Position numbers and translations under genes: made by a program
The notes under the pieces: model-generated
Told to the model about the DNA's origin: nothing
Database searches by the model: none
What the model saw: only the letters and a program-made list of their open reading frames with translations
NCBI GenBank assembly: GCA_963840855.1
Contig: CAWJBB010000063.1
Span: forward strand, 1 to 30,818
DNA length: 30,818 nucleotides
Direction of reading: 5' to 3'
Origin: an uncultured delta proteobacterium
GTDB taxonomy: Bacteria; Desulfobacterota; Binatia; UBA9968
Part shown: positions 9,127 through 18,576 of the stretch, one piece after another
Position numbering within the stretch: the stretch's first letter is position 1
Layout: each line of letters starts with the position of its first letter

Positions 9127-9432
9127 CTTGCGCGCTCTTCTTGGGGGGAGAAGACTGATTACGGCAAGATGCTAAATGCTGGGCTAGAGTCTTGACTCAG
9201 GTGCTTACCCTCGCGAGATCCTGAAACCACTTGCGGATCTTCGGTGCAGTCTCGATCTTTTCCCGGATCGCTCTGCGATCGCGGCTCATCAACCCCCTCA
9301 TCCAAACCTCCAAACCGCTCACCGATCGAGCGCTGCGTACAGGATCGTAGAATGGGCTGAGCCCCGCGCGGCGCCAACCGGCGCGCGCGGAGCGACAATA
9401 TCGTTACGGCCAGCTTGGAGGACGGTGGTGCG

Positions 9433-9999
9433 TCATTTTGGCCTGAGGTATTTTTCTTTGACCTCTGCTAAAGGCAAGACCTCGCCTTTCAAAACGTTGC
9501 GGATAATTCGCAGCGCGCCTTCCTTGGCTCCCGGCGGCTCTTTCTCGCGATGTACAATCGTGCAGTCCTCGACCACGACGACTTTGTAGCGATACTGGTG
9601 GGCGTCGGCACAGGTCCAAAGCACGGTATTGTCGGTCGATGCTCCGGATACGATTACCGTCTCGCAACCCATCGTTCTGAGGGTGTAGTCCAGATCGTTG
9701 TGTGAGAAGCCGCTCAAGTAGCGCTTGTAGACGATGATGTCTTTGTCCACCGGCTGGAGCTCCGGGATCACTTCAAGCCCCTCGCTTCCCACCATCATGC
9801 GGGAGTTTTCATTGACGTGGTCCGTCGGACGGCGCATGCTATTGACATGAACCACTTGAACGCTGGCGGCGTACGCTGCGTCTTTGAGCTGACGCACCTG
9901 CGCCACCATCTCGTAGCCAAAACTTCCGGGCTTCCAGCCGTAACCTTTGGCCATATCGAGAATGATAACGGCGGTTTTTTGCGGTGTAATGTCTGCCAT
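9433..9999 (-). CDS. Isochorismatase/cysteine hydrolase family protein (nucleophile position Thr)
   Basis: KTAVIILDM, IPELQPVDKDIIVYKRYLSGF, LDYTLRTMGCETVIVSGASTDNTV and KVVVVEDC. RBS AGGAG. Confidence 0.88.
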   Translation of the reverse strand: MADITPQKTAVIILDMAKGYGWKPGSFGYEMVAQVRQLKDAAYAASVQVVHVNSMRRPTDHVNENSRMMVGSEGLEVIPELQPVDKDIIVYKRYLSGFSHNDLDYTLRTMGCETVIVSGASTDNTVLWTCADAHQYRYKVVVVEDCTIVHREKEPPGAKEGALRIIRNVLKGEVLPLAEVKEKYLRPK

Positions 10000-10138
10000 A
10001 CCAGGATCTCCTTCCTAAATCTTTTAGAGAAAACAACTTAATCAAAATAGGCGACTGAAAAGCACGTCCATCATTGCGCATGCGTAATGAGGCAGTTGTA
10101 CGAGATGGCTAATCAGGAACAGCGCGGCCATGGCCTAG

Positions 10139-10450
10139 ATGGACCGAGGACCCAAGACCGAAAAGACTTACGGCATCGGACTGCCGCGGGATCACGCGTC
10201 ACAGCTGTTTTCCGACACCGACTTTCCCGTATTCCCGCTGAAGCCCGGGCAAGAAGCATATAAGGACATCGACGGCGCCCGTATGAAAAAGGATGTCATT
10301 GCCCTGTCCCAGATCGCGCTGCGCTACCGGGACACTGTCAACAAGCAGTGGTGGGGTCGCTTTCCCGGCACCGACGCCGACAGGGCCGGCATGAAGTACA
10401 TGACCGATGAATCAACCCCACCAACGTCGATGGGGACCGCCGGTTGTTAG
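10139..10450 (+). pseudogene. Truncated N-terminal fragment of a probable M28-type peptidase-like exported protein
   Basis: Protein-like coding signal (YKDIDGARMKKDVIALSQIALRYRD..QWWGRFPGTDADRAGMKYMTDE) resembles the N-terminal helix plus GRxxGT motif of M28 peptidases. It turns to noise at about 10410 and collides with the convergent gene; an in-frame TAG sits directly before the ATG. Confidence 0.5.
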
Positions 10451-11526
10451 ACCGGACTTGGAACTGGAATGTCGTAAAGTCGAGCGACGTTTTCGCGCAC
10501 CAGTTTAGCGCGCAGCCCGGCGGGTAGATCGCCTAGGTCCCGGGCTACGATCTGGCGAGAATGGGGCCAGGTCGAGTTGCCGTGCGGGAAGTCGTTGGAC
10601 CACATGCAGTTGTCGGCTCCCCACCACGACAGGATATGGCCGCCGACAGCATCGTTAAAGAAAGTGGCGTAAACCTGGCCGTGGAAATATTCGCTCGGAA
10701 GTTTTCTTATTGCGAGCCCTTCACGCTTGGTGCCATGGCGCTTGAAGTAGTAGTCCCACTGTTCGAGTAGAAACGGAATCCAGCCGATCTCGTTTTCGAC
10801 CAAGACGAGCTTCAGCCGCGGATAGCGCTCCAATACGCCGGAGAAGATGAGTTCGTAGAGGCTGTTGATAGACTGGAACAACTTCATGTTGACGCTGTTG
10901 CTCTCCTGTGTGAGGCCGCCTTCGGTAGAAGGGCTAACCCCGAAGGTGCGGGTGCGGCTGTAGCCGTGGCCGCTCAAGATGTGCAGGTTGACGGGCATAT
11001 CGAGATCCTGAGCCGATGCCCAGAACTTGTCATAGTGCGCAGAGGCGAAGGGCAGTTCGGGCGGCGGGACCTGCCATATCACCGAGCCGCGCAGACCGGC
11101 CTTGCGGCAGCGCTCCTGCTCTTTCACGGCGCCGTCGATATCGTACATGGAGAGCATGGCGATGCCGATGAGACGGTCGGGCGCGGCCTCGCAGTAGTCG
11201 ATGAGCCAGTCGTTGTAAACGCGGGCGCAGGCCGCCTCCAGCTCGGGATCGTCCAGGCTCAGCGCCTTTAACCCATGGGTAGGATAGAGAACTTCCGCGC
11301 TGACGCCGTCGGCGGCCATTTCAGCGACGCGCTTTGTCTTATCCATGGCGCCGGGCGAATCGTTGGGCCTTTGCCCGCCAAATCCGGGGGCGCGGTCCTG
11401 AAATGATTTAGGCAGTTGTTTTTTCCAAAGACCTTCCGGCTCAATGACGTGCGAGTCCGACGAGATCAAAACTTCATCGATGACGGCGTTGGTCTCTTTC
11501 CCATAGGTTCGTTCAATAATGGCCAT
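10447..11526 (-). CDS. Amidohydrolase family 2 (ACMSD/LigW-like TIM-barrel metal hydrolase/decarboxylase)
   Basis: ISSDSHVIEP, DGVSAEVLYPT, YNDWLIDYC, PVNLHI, GVLERYPRLK..ENEIGWIP and MWSNDFPH. Confidence 0.92.
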   Translation of the reverse strand: MAIIERTYGKETNAVIDEVLISSDSHVIEPEGLWKKQLPKSFQDRAPGFGGQRPNDSPGAMDKTKRVAEMAADGVSAEVLYPTHGLKALSLDDPELEAACARVYNDWLIDYCEAAPDRLIGIAMLSMYDIDGAVKEQERCRKAGLRGSVIWQVPPPELPFASAHYDKFWASAQDLDMPVNLHILSGHGYSRTRTFGVSPSTEGGLTQESNSVNMKLFQSINSLYELIFSGVLERYPRLKLVLVENEIGWIPFLLEQWDYYFKRHGTKREGLAIRKLPSEYFHGQVYATFFNDAVGGHILSWWGADNCMWSNDFPHGNSTWPHSRQIVARDLGDLPAGLRAKLVRENVARLYDIPVPSPV

Positions 11527-11582
11527 CGTTTTGACTCCTTTGTATTGTGAAAACTGCCCGAGCTAGCGCTCGGATTCTCGCC

Positions 11583-12340
11583 TCAGAGATACTTGGTCGG
11601 ACGCCGGATCGTGCGCCACATGTGCGAAACCGGGCTGTTGTCGAAGCCCAAGCCCTCGTCCGGCTGCCTGAAGTTACGTCCGACGATGTCAATGAAGGGT
11701 TCCCAGCTCACCACCGCGTTGGGGTCGAAGGAGTAGATGTCGTGGACGGTAATCATGCGCGCAGTCATGTACCACTTGTGATTCCGGGCGCGCTTGTACG
11801 CTTCCTTGATGTAGTCGTCGGGCTCGTAGTCCGGCCCGAAATTCTTGACGTACGCTTCCGGATACGAGTAACCGACCGACTCGTCAGGGAAGAAACGCAG
11901 CGCCTGGTGCGCGCGGACCGCCCAGCATACCTCCTCGTCGACGTAGGGCTCGATCAGCTGCGCGCCCCAGTAGCCGTGGTCGCTCTTGATGAAGATTGCA
12001 TTGGCGATATCGTGCACAAGGCAGGCGAGAATCGTTTTCTCGGGCATGGACGCCTTCAGCGCATGGGTCGCGCTTTGCAGCAGATGGTTGATGCCCTTCG
12101 CGCGGTACTCGAAATAGTCGAGGAGCGTCGGCTTCGCCGGCATTTTCGGCAGCCGCGGATCGTCGTCCATCAGATAATACTGCCGTGTGTAGCCGTGCGG
12201 TCAGAACCCATGTTGGACGCGCCGAGCTTGCCGTCCGCCATATTGAACAGCGCCGATTTCGAAAGGAGCACATCGAGCTCGTCGCTCATCTTCCGCTCAA
12301 GGGCATCTGCGCGCTCGTTAAGCGATGTATTCTCAGCCAT
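11583..12340 (-). CDS. HD-domain protein of the PhnZ/TmpB/MIOX-like type; 5' part frameshifted (about 12200)
   Basis: HLLQSATHA...LACLVHDIA...SDHG...RAHQ...VHDIYSFDP. A strong RBS (AGGAGG) precedes ATG12340, whose frame stops at about 12170. Adding one base near 12200 gives a continuous ...GSDPHGYTRQYYLMDDDPRLP. Confidence 0.72.
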
Positions 12341-12627
12341 GGTTTGATCCTCCTAATTGAGTCGCCCGACTATCGAGCGTTCTGCAGACTCTACTCCCGC
12401 ACGGATACCCGCGCAACACATAAACTCACCGGAAATTTAAGGACACCGGCTACTTTTCTCTTGATCTGCGCATCTCATTCGGTCGGCCCCCGAGAAAAAA
12501 CCAGGGATCAGACCTTTACAAATTGATATCTTCGAAAATCGGTGGAGTTGCGAACTCTCGCGGAGGAATCGTGTAAGCGCGCGGCCGGCAACGACACAAT
12601 CATTTTGAGGCCACAATGCTTTCTTGA

Positions 12628-13389
12628 TCACCCCGCCCGCATCTTCAGCAGCGTCGGAACATCTATTTTTTCCTGATACGGTCGGAGTTCTTTTTCTTTA
12701 CGCTGCACGCCGAGCATGGCCATGCGGTCGGCGAGTTCGTTGCCTTCGGTGCCGACGTGGGCGGCGACGTGGGTGAGCTTCAGTTCTTCTTTAATGCGTC
12801 GGTAGATCGCGTAACATTCCTGGATAATTTCCAGGTTCTTGATCTCGCCGCCAGGTTTTTTCCAGCCTTTCTTTTCCCAGTTCGGTGCCCAACTGCGAAT
12901 GCAGTTGATGGAGTACGCCGAGTCGCTGCACACCTCGACGGTGTTGCCGGCCTTGAGTTCTGCTTCGGCCATGCGCAATGCGTGATAGAGCGCGTTCAGT
13001 TCGGCGCTGTTGTTGGTCCCCCTGGGGTTGTACAGGCCAAACCACAATTGCGCGAGTTTGCCGTCTCGATACACCACGATGCCGGAGCCGGCATTGCCGG
13101 GGTTGGGTTCACAGGCGCCATCGCAATAAATACTGACATCGAACTTGCGAGAGGGATGGGTGAAGTTGCTTTCGCTTCTGCCCGGCATGCCGGTTTTATG
13201 CCTGCTGGCCGTTTTAGGCGGAATGCTTGCGTAGCCGCCGCGACCAAATGCTTGCTCTGCTTCCGCACGGGTCGCGAAGGACTTGAAGCGCGCTCCGGCA
13301 TACTTGTCCACGGCCCGCTGGGTGATCGCCCAATCCGTGAATATACCGGTCTGCCGTCCTGACCAAACCACGTAAAATTTTTGCGCCAT
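12628..13389 (-). CDS. rnhA: Ribonuclease HI with N-terminal caulimovirus-viroplasmin-like hybrid-binding domain
   Basis: KFYVVWSGRQTGIFTDW..GARFKSFATRAEAEQAF (hybrid-binding domain); IYCDGACEPNPG, TNNSAEL, SDSAY and HVAAHVGTEGNELADRMA (complete DEDD set). Confidence 0.93.
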   Translation of the reverse strand: MAQKFYVVWSGRQTGIFTDWAITQRAVDKYAGARFKSFATRAEAEQAFGRGGYASIPPKTASRHKTGMPGRSESNFTHPSRKFDVSIYCDGACEPNPGNAGSGIVVYRDGKLAQLWFGLYNPRGTNNSAELNALYHALRMAEAELKAGNTVEVCSDSAYSINCIRSWAPNWEKKGWKKPGGEIKNLEIIQECYAIYRRIKEELKLTHVAAHVGTEGNELADRMAMLGVQRKEKELRPYQEKIDVPTLLKMRAG

Positions 13390-13527
13390 GCTGAGTCGAT
13401 GTGCCTCCTTTTTGAATTAAACGCGAGAGCATCTAATAGTGTCAAATCTTGGATTTGGCATTTTATAGCCGCTCTCCTCTTGAGACAATTGATTACGGCG
13501 ATTGTCGCTAACAACTTTCCCGAATCT

Positions 13528-13641
13528 CTAAAAGTTGAGCAGCGCCATGGCTTTGAGCCTCATCCGTCCGTCCGGGTTGTCGTGCAGATAGTTGGTCGCA
13601 AACAGAAAGTGTTCTTGCTTGCGAAGTTGGTGGAAGTTTGG
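13528..13641 (-). pseudogene. Possible decayed C-terminal fragment of an amidohydrolase family 2 gene
   Basis: Minus strand reads ..EHFLFATNYLHDNPDGRMRLK.., resembling the xxFATDYPHxD motif; no start codon context. Confidence 0.25.
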
Positions 13642-13659
13642 CGTCCCCTGACTCGTCAC

Positions 13660-15159
13660 TCAGGTGCCGCAGAAGGTTTGGTAGCACCCTCGCCCTTCCG
13701 GCGCCGGTTCGGCAAAGGCGGCAAACTCCGGCTGATCGTCGAAAGGGCGCGATAGGATATTCAGCAAGGTCGCGAAAGGCGCGTAATCGCCGCGTTCCAC
13801 TGCAGCACTCAAGGCTTCCTCGACTCGATGATTGCGCGGGATGAACGCGGGATTGGCACGCCGCATCGCCTGCGCGCGTGCCAACGGTGCCACCGCCTCG
13901 CGCGCAAGCCGCGCCCGCCAGTGTCCACTCCAGCGATCGTAGGCCGACGGATCGGCAAACAGCGCGCGCAGCGGTTCCTCCTGGCCCAAGGCCGCATCGG
14001 CGAGGTAACGGAAAGCCAGCGTGTAGTCGACGTTCTTGCCCTCCATCGCGGTGAGAAACCCGGTGGCGAGGTTGAGATCGGCCTCGTCCTCACTGACCAG
14101 TCCTAGCTTCGCGCGCATGCCTTTGAGCCAGTGGCGTTCGTATTGTTCCGGAAAGGCATTGACCACCTCAGTGGCGCGTGCGATAGCGCGGTTTCGATCG
14201 GCATCGATCAGCGACAGCAGCGTCTCCGCGAACCGCGCCAGGTTCCAATGCGCGATCCTTGACTGATTGGCGTAGGCGTAGCGGCCCTGAGTGTCGATGG
14301 AGCTGAAGACCGTGGCCGGATCATAATGATCCATGAAGGCGCACGGGCCGTAGTCGATAGTCTCACCGGAGATGGCCATATTGTCGGTGTTCATCACGCC
14401 ATGGATGAATCCCACATGCATCCAGCGGGCAATGAGCGCCGCTTGTTTGTCGCGCACGCGCTCGAGCAATCCGAGGTAGGGGTTCGCGTGGCCCTTCAGC
14501 TCCGGGTAATGGCGATCGATGACGTAATCGGCCAGGCGACGCACCTCGGCCTGCTCACCGCGGGCGGCGAAAAATTGGAAGGTGCCCACACGGATGTGGC
14601 TGGCAGCAACGCGCGTCAAAACCGCGCCCGGCAGCGCGCCGTCCTCGCGAAAGACGGGCTCTCCTGTGACGACCGCGGCAAGCGCCCGGGTCGTCGGGAT
14701 ACCCAGCGCGTGCATCGCTTCGCCGATCAGATATTCACGCAACACGGGCCCGAGCGCTGCCCGGCCGTCGCCAGCGCGCGAAAAGGGAGTGGGACCCGAG
14801 CCTTTGAGCTGAATGTCGCGACGACGTCCGTTGCGGTCGATCACCTCGCCCAGGAGCAGCGCCCGCCCGTCGCCAAGTTGGGGGACGAAGCCCCCGAACT
14901 GGTGGCCGGCGTACGCTTGGGCCAGCGGCATCGCTCCCTCGGGTGTCTCATTGCCCGCAAAGATCCGCGCGCCTTCCTCGGAATCGAGAGCATCGGCATC
15001 CAGCCCCAATTCTTCAGCCAACTCACGGTTGAACTTAACCAAACTAGGCCGCGCGACTTGCGCCGCCTTCCAGGTCACGTAGAAGCCCTCAAGTTCGCGC
15101 GCATACGTATTGTCGAAGGCGAATCGGGCTGCGGCAGAGTTGTTAGGGACGTGCGTCAT
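13660..15159 (-). CDS. selO: Protein adenylyltransferase SelO (YdiU/UPF0061)
   Basis: [68 protein letters not shown] and C-terminal TFCGT. Confidence 0.96.
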   Translation of the reverse strand: MTHVPNNSAAARFAFDNTYARELEGFYVTWKAAQVARPSLVKFNRELAEELGLDADALDSEEGARIFAGNETPEGAMPLAQAYAGHQFGGFVPQLGDGRALLLGEVIDRNGRRRDIQLKGSGPTPFSRAGDGRAALGPVLREYLIGEAMHALGIPTTRALAAVVTGEPVFREDGALPGAVLTRVAASHIRVGTFQFFAARGEQAEVRRLADYVIDRHYPELKGHANPYLGLLERVRDKQAALIARWMHVGFIHGVMNTDNMAISGETIDYGPCAFMDHYDPATVFSSIDTQGRYAYANQSRIAHWNLARFAETLLSLIDADRNRAIARATEVVNAFPEQYERHWLKGMRAKLGLVSEDEADLNLATGFLTAMEGKNVDYTLAFRYLADAALGQEEPLRALFADPSAYDRWSGHWRARLAREAVAPLARAQAMRRANPAFIPRNHRVEEALSAAVERGDYAPFATLLNILSRPFDDQPEFAAFAEPAPEGRGCYQTFCGT

Positions 15160-15315
15160 CGTGTGACTTCCTTGGTCAGGGGGAATTGGTGATCATCGGC
15201 TATCATTCTTCTCGATATCGTGCAAAACCTAAAACAGATCGTGGAATCAGCAGCGCTGAGCAGTGGAGAAGAACGTTCTGGCTCTTCAATCACTGAGCGT
15301 CTGCGTAATGTGCGT

Positions 15316-16041
15316 CTATCCTGAACCGGCAAGTTCGAGAAATTCTCCGGCCAGCTTCGGACCGATCCCTTCATCCTCGTGCTTGAAGAATATGTAGGCA
15401 TGATCCCATTGCTGCGATAGGATTCGTTCTTTCCAATTCATCAGATCAGCGCGGCTGTATTCGGAGCGCCGGAGCCGAACGTAGCCCCATGTTGCGGTCG
15501 GGATCAGATTGGAACTTTCCGTCTCATCCATTTCGGCCATACAGAGCGCACAATTATGCTCCCGCAGGCAGCCGAAGATTTCGTCATCGAACCAGGACGC
15601 ATGGCGGAACTCAAAAGCCACCGCTCGGTTCGCCGGCAAAATGGACAAGAAATTTTGGAGTGTCGGCAAATTTTTTCGGAGATAGGGCGGGAGCTGAAAA
15701 AGAACGGCACCCGTGTGCGAGCCCAACGCGGTTGCCACGCGAAATAGATACTCGACTTCGCTTGCGGCGTCTTTGAGCCGTTTCTGATGAGTAATTCTCT
15801 GCGGCGCTTTAAGGACAAAACGAAACTCCGCCGGCACCCGTTCCGCCCAGGACTGAAGCATGCTTTCTTTGGGCAGCCGATAAAAAGTGTTGTTGATCTC
15901 GACGGCAGGCAGCCGCGAGGCGTAAAACTGCAGCATCTCCTTTGCCGCGAGACGCTCGGGATAAAAATTTCCCAGCCAGGCTTTGTAACTATAACCGCTG
16001 GTTCCCACCCATAGCTTCACGGCAGTTTTCGCCTCGGACAA
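15316..16041 (-). CDS. DUF72 (YecE-like) TIM-barrel protein
   Basis: VGTSGYSYKAW..FYP, VEINNTFYRLP, LKAPQRITH, LFQLPP, AFEFRHASW and YVRLR. Start may be TTG16041 or GTG about 16020. Confidence 0.92.
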   Translation of the reverse strand: MSEAKTAVKLWVGTSGYSYKAWLGNFYPERLAAKEMLQFYASRLPAVEINNTFYRLPKESMLQSWAERVPAEFRFVLKAPQRITHQKRLKDAASEVEYLFRVATALGSHTGAVLFQLPPYLRKNLPTLQNFLSILPANRAVAFEFRHASWFDDEIFGCLREHNCALCMAEMDETESSNLIPTATWGYVRLRRSEYSRADLMNWKERILSQQWDHAYIFFKHEDEGIGPKLAGEFLELAGSG

Positions 16042-16148
16042 CTTTTAACAACCCATGTGCAGACGCTGCGTTGAATTGTATTATTGTAGCCGGCACGGTT
16101 CATATCGGCAATCGCCGCACCGCCGATAATCCGCTTGCGCTTCTTTCG

Positions 16149-16916
16149 CTAACTAACCTTCTTTGGCCGATAAAACTCAATGGCGTTTTTGTAGAAAACA
16201 TTAGCCGCCTTTTCCTCTCCCAATGTCTCCAGAACCAGCGTGTAATCGTCATCTCGATACGGCCTTGGCGCGCGGGTGGACGGCAGATCGGTGCCAAACA
16301 TGAGCGCCCGGGGGTTGGCCGCATAGAGGTCAGTCAGGGCGGAGCGAACATCAAAGTCTACTCGTCCAAAGCCGGTGGCCTTTACCCGCACACCTTTTTC
16401 CGCGAGTTTGAGCAGCGTCGGAAAACCCGCTTTGGAGAGACCGAGATGGTCGATACTGACCGCCGGCAACGCCACCAGCGTATCGAAAAGATCGGCAAGC
16501 TCCGTGGAATCGACATACAACTCGGTATGCCAGCCGACCAGTCTATGAACGCGCTGCGCCATGCTTTCCAGGTGGAGGATTTCTTCCGACCCGCCGCGCT
16601 TGACGTTGAAACGAACGGCGCGAACCCCTGCGCCGTTGAGTTCCTGCAACTCCTGATCCGAAACGGTCTGCGCCACCTGGGTGACTCCGACAAAAGAAGG
16701 CCCAAGCACTTTCAAAGCATGGAAAAGATAAGATTGATCGAAAGCCTGGAACGAGCCGGACACGACCGCGCCGCCGCAGAGATCAACCGCTTTCAAGCGG
16801 TCTAAATAATCCTCGCTCGTAAACGCGTCGGGCATGAATCCTTGATTCGGCACGACGGGAAAGTTTTTGTCGATGATATGAAAATGGCAATCGAAATACT
16901 TTGCTTTAGAGTTCAA
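16149..16916 (-). CDS. Amidohydrolase family 2, 2-pyrone-4,6-dicarboxylate lactonase (LigI)-like
   Basis: FDCHFHII, GVRAVRFN, SIDHLG, VKATGFGR and MFGTDLPST. RBS GAGGAG before TTG. Confidence 0.85.
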   Translation of the reverse strand: MNSKAKYFDCHFHIIDKNFPVVPNQGFMPDAFTSEDYLDRLKAVDLCGGAVVSGSFQAFDQSYLFHALKVLGPSFVGVTQVAQTVSDQELQELNGAGVRAVRFNVKRGGSEEILHLESMAQRVHRLVGWHTELYVDSTELADLFDTLVALPAVSIDHLGLSKAGFPTLLKLAEKGVRVKATGFGRVDFDVRSALTDLYAANPRALMFGTDLPSTRAPRPYRDDDYTLVLETLGEEKAANVFYKNAIEFYRPKKVS

Positions 16917-17267
16917 CGCATCTCTCCTCTCAAATTTCGGCTAACCGCCATTGCTAAATCGAACGGCGCTGCCAATTCCCTATATGAATAAATTCAATGC
17001 TCTTGCAAACCTACTAATTCTGCCGGCGGTGCACAAGAATAATTTTTCAGGCAATGCTGCATTCTGGCCAGGATTGAGGGTACAATAATCGAAGCTCGCA
17101 TTGTAACATTAGAGTTCGTGCTTTTACTTTTAGAGCCAGTTTGTGGAGACGTTGCTGACTAGATGGGCAAACTCCATCTTCCCATCGCGAGGCTCCCGAA
17201 GCATGAACGGATTTGTTTCACACACTCTCAGTGCGACAAACTGGACCATCAAAGGAGACAACTAAGC

Positions 17268-18416
17268 ATGGCGCAAGACTTTGTTGGCACCAAGCGCTGG
17301 GTACGCCCGGCCACTCCTTATGAGATTTACATGGAGGAGCAAAGTCTCCCTATCCATCGTGGCACGGTGGGGTTCTGCGACATCCGCGACCTGACTTTGG
17401 GATCTTGGAAGCGCATGGGCGCTCAAGGCGCGTTCATCGAGCTTAACGGCTGCGGCGGGCTCCAGGGGATGTACGTTATCGAGGTGCCCGGTGCAGGTGC
17501 GATCACTCCGGAAAAGCACATGTATGAGGAGATCTTCTACGTGCTCGAGGGGCGCGGCACCACAGAGATCTGGAGCAGCGACGATGCTAACAAGAAGCAG
17601 ACTTTCGAGTGGCAGCCGGGCAGCCTCTTCTCTCCACCGCTGAATACCTGGCACCGCATCGTCAACGCCACCTCCAGCCCTGCCTTACTACTTGGCGTGA
17701 CCAACGCGCCGCCGATCTTCCACATCTACCGGAGTCAGGACGCGCTGTTCAACAACCCGTACCATTTCAAGGATCGGTACGACGGGAGTGCGGATTATTT
17801 CAAAGCGCATACCGAGCTCGGAAAAGATCCGCGCCACGGCCGTGCGCGCAACTACGGTAATATTATCCCGGACGCTGACCGCGTGGAGCTGCCGCTAGAT
17901 GGCCAGCGCGGCGTGGGGCACCGAACTTTCTTTTGGAATCTGTCCGGTAATAGTTATCAGGGGTTCATTGCGCAATACGCGCCCGGCCGCTACTCCCGAT
18001 GTCACGCCCATGAAGCCGGCCCGGTGCTGCTGTGTCTAGGCGGCAAGGGCTACACCATCACGTGGCCTGGCGAGGCGGGAACGACGCCGTGGGCTGACGG
18101 CAAGGGCGAATTGGTGCAGCGACAGGACTACAAGCCTGGCGGCATCGTGAGCGCTGCCCCGGGCGATGCCGGCTGGTTCCACGGCCACTTTGGCGCATCT
18201 AAGGAACCTTTGCGTGTGCTGGCCTTCCTGGGCGGCTATCCTAGGCGGGTCAAGGGTGTCCCTGGAGCAGATTGGTGGGGTTTGAATCTCGACATCAAAC
18301 AGGGCGGCCACACCATCGAGTACCGTGACGAAGACCCGCATATCCGCAAGCTGTTTCAAGAGCAATTGGCAAAAGAAGGCGCAGCCTTCAATATGCCTGA
18401 CGAAGTATATCTGTAA
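17268..18416 (+). CDS. Bicupin protein (gentisate-1,2-dioxygenase-like fold, uncharacterised)
   Basis: Two cupin motifs: EKHMYEEIFYVLEGRG..PLNTWH and CHAHEAGPV..WFHGHF. Start moved from 17163 to ATG17268 because AAAGGAG precedes it. Confidence 0.8.
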   Translation: MAQDFVGTKRWVRPATPYEIYMEEQSLPIHRGTVGFCDIRDLTLGSWKRMGAQGAFIELNGCGGLQGMYVIEVPGAGAITPEKHMYEEIFYVLEGRGTTEIWSSDDANKKQTFEWQPGSLFSPPLNTWHRIVNATSSPALLLGVTNAPPIFHIYRSQDALFNNPYHFKDRYDGSADYFKAHTELGKDPRHGRARNYGNIIPDADRVELPLDGQRGVGHRTFFWNLSGNSYQGFIAQYAPGRYSRCHAHEAGPVLLCLGGKGYTITWPGEAGTTPWADGKGELVQRQDYKPGGIVSAAPGDAGWFHGHFGASKEPLRVLAFLGGYPRRVKGVPGADWWGLNLDIKQGGHTIEYRDEDPHIRKLFQEQLAKEGAAFNMPDEVYL

Positions 18417-18478
18417 GCTGTTCGAGCACGCTATTCTAGGAGCGGTGTAACAGTTGATTCGCGCCTAAGTTCGAAGCA

Positions 18479-18537
18479 CCCTTCGACAGCTCAGGGTGAA
18501 CGGTCAAGGCACAGGCCGGTCGTGGTGAGGCTCTCAC
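18479..18537. repeat. Degenerate REP-like palindromic element (CCCTTCGACAGGCTCAGGGnGAACGG type)
   Basis: CCCTTCGACAGCTCAGGGTGAACGG...CCGGTCGTGGTGAG lies between the convergent cupin and frc genes; the two arms are partly complementary. Confidence 0.55.
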
Positions 18538-18576
18538 CGCCGCCTCTGTCCCTCAATTCGCGAAGCATTTTGTCGT

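Noticed and set aside
13660-13680. Selenocysteine at the SelO C-terminus
   Set aside because: The ORF ends FCGT-stop with Cys, the common bacterial form; the TGA follows the complete motif and no SECIS-like hairpin was evident.
12628-15159. RNase H plus AMPylase as a retron or anti-phage module
   Set aside because: No reverse transcriptase, msr/msd-like inverted repeats or defence-type genes nearby; both are ordinary housekeeping-type families.
17163-17267. 35-codon N-terminal extension of the cupin in the ORF track
   Set aside because: No RBS at 17163, whereas AAAGGAG precedes ATG17268.
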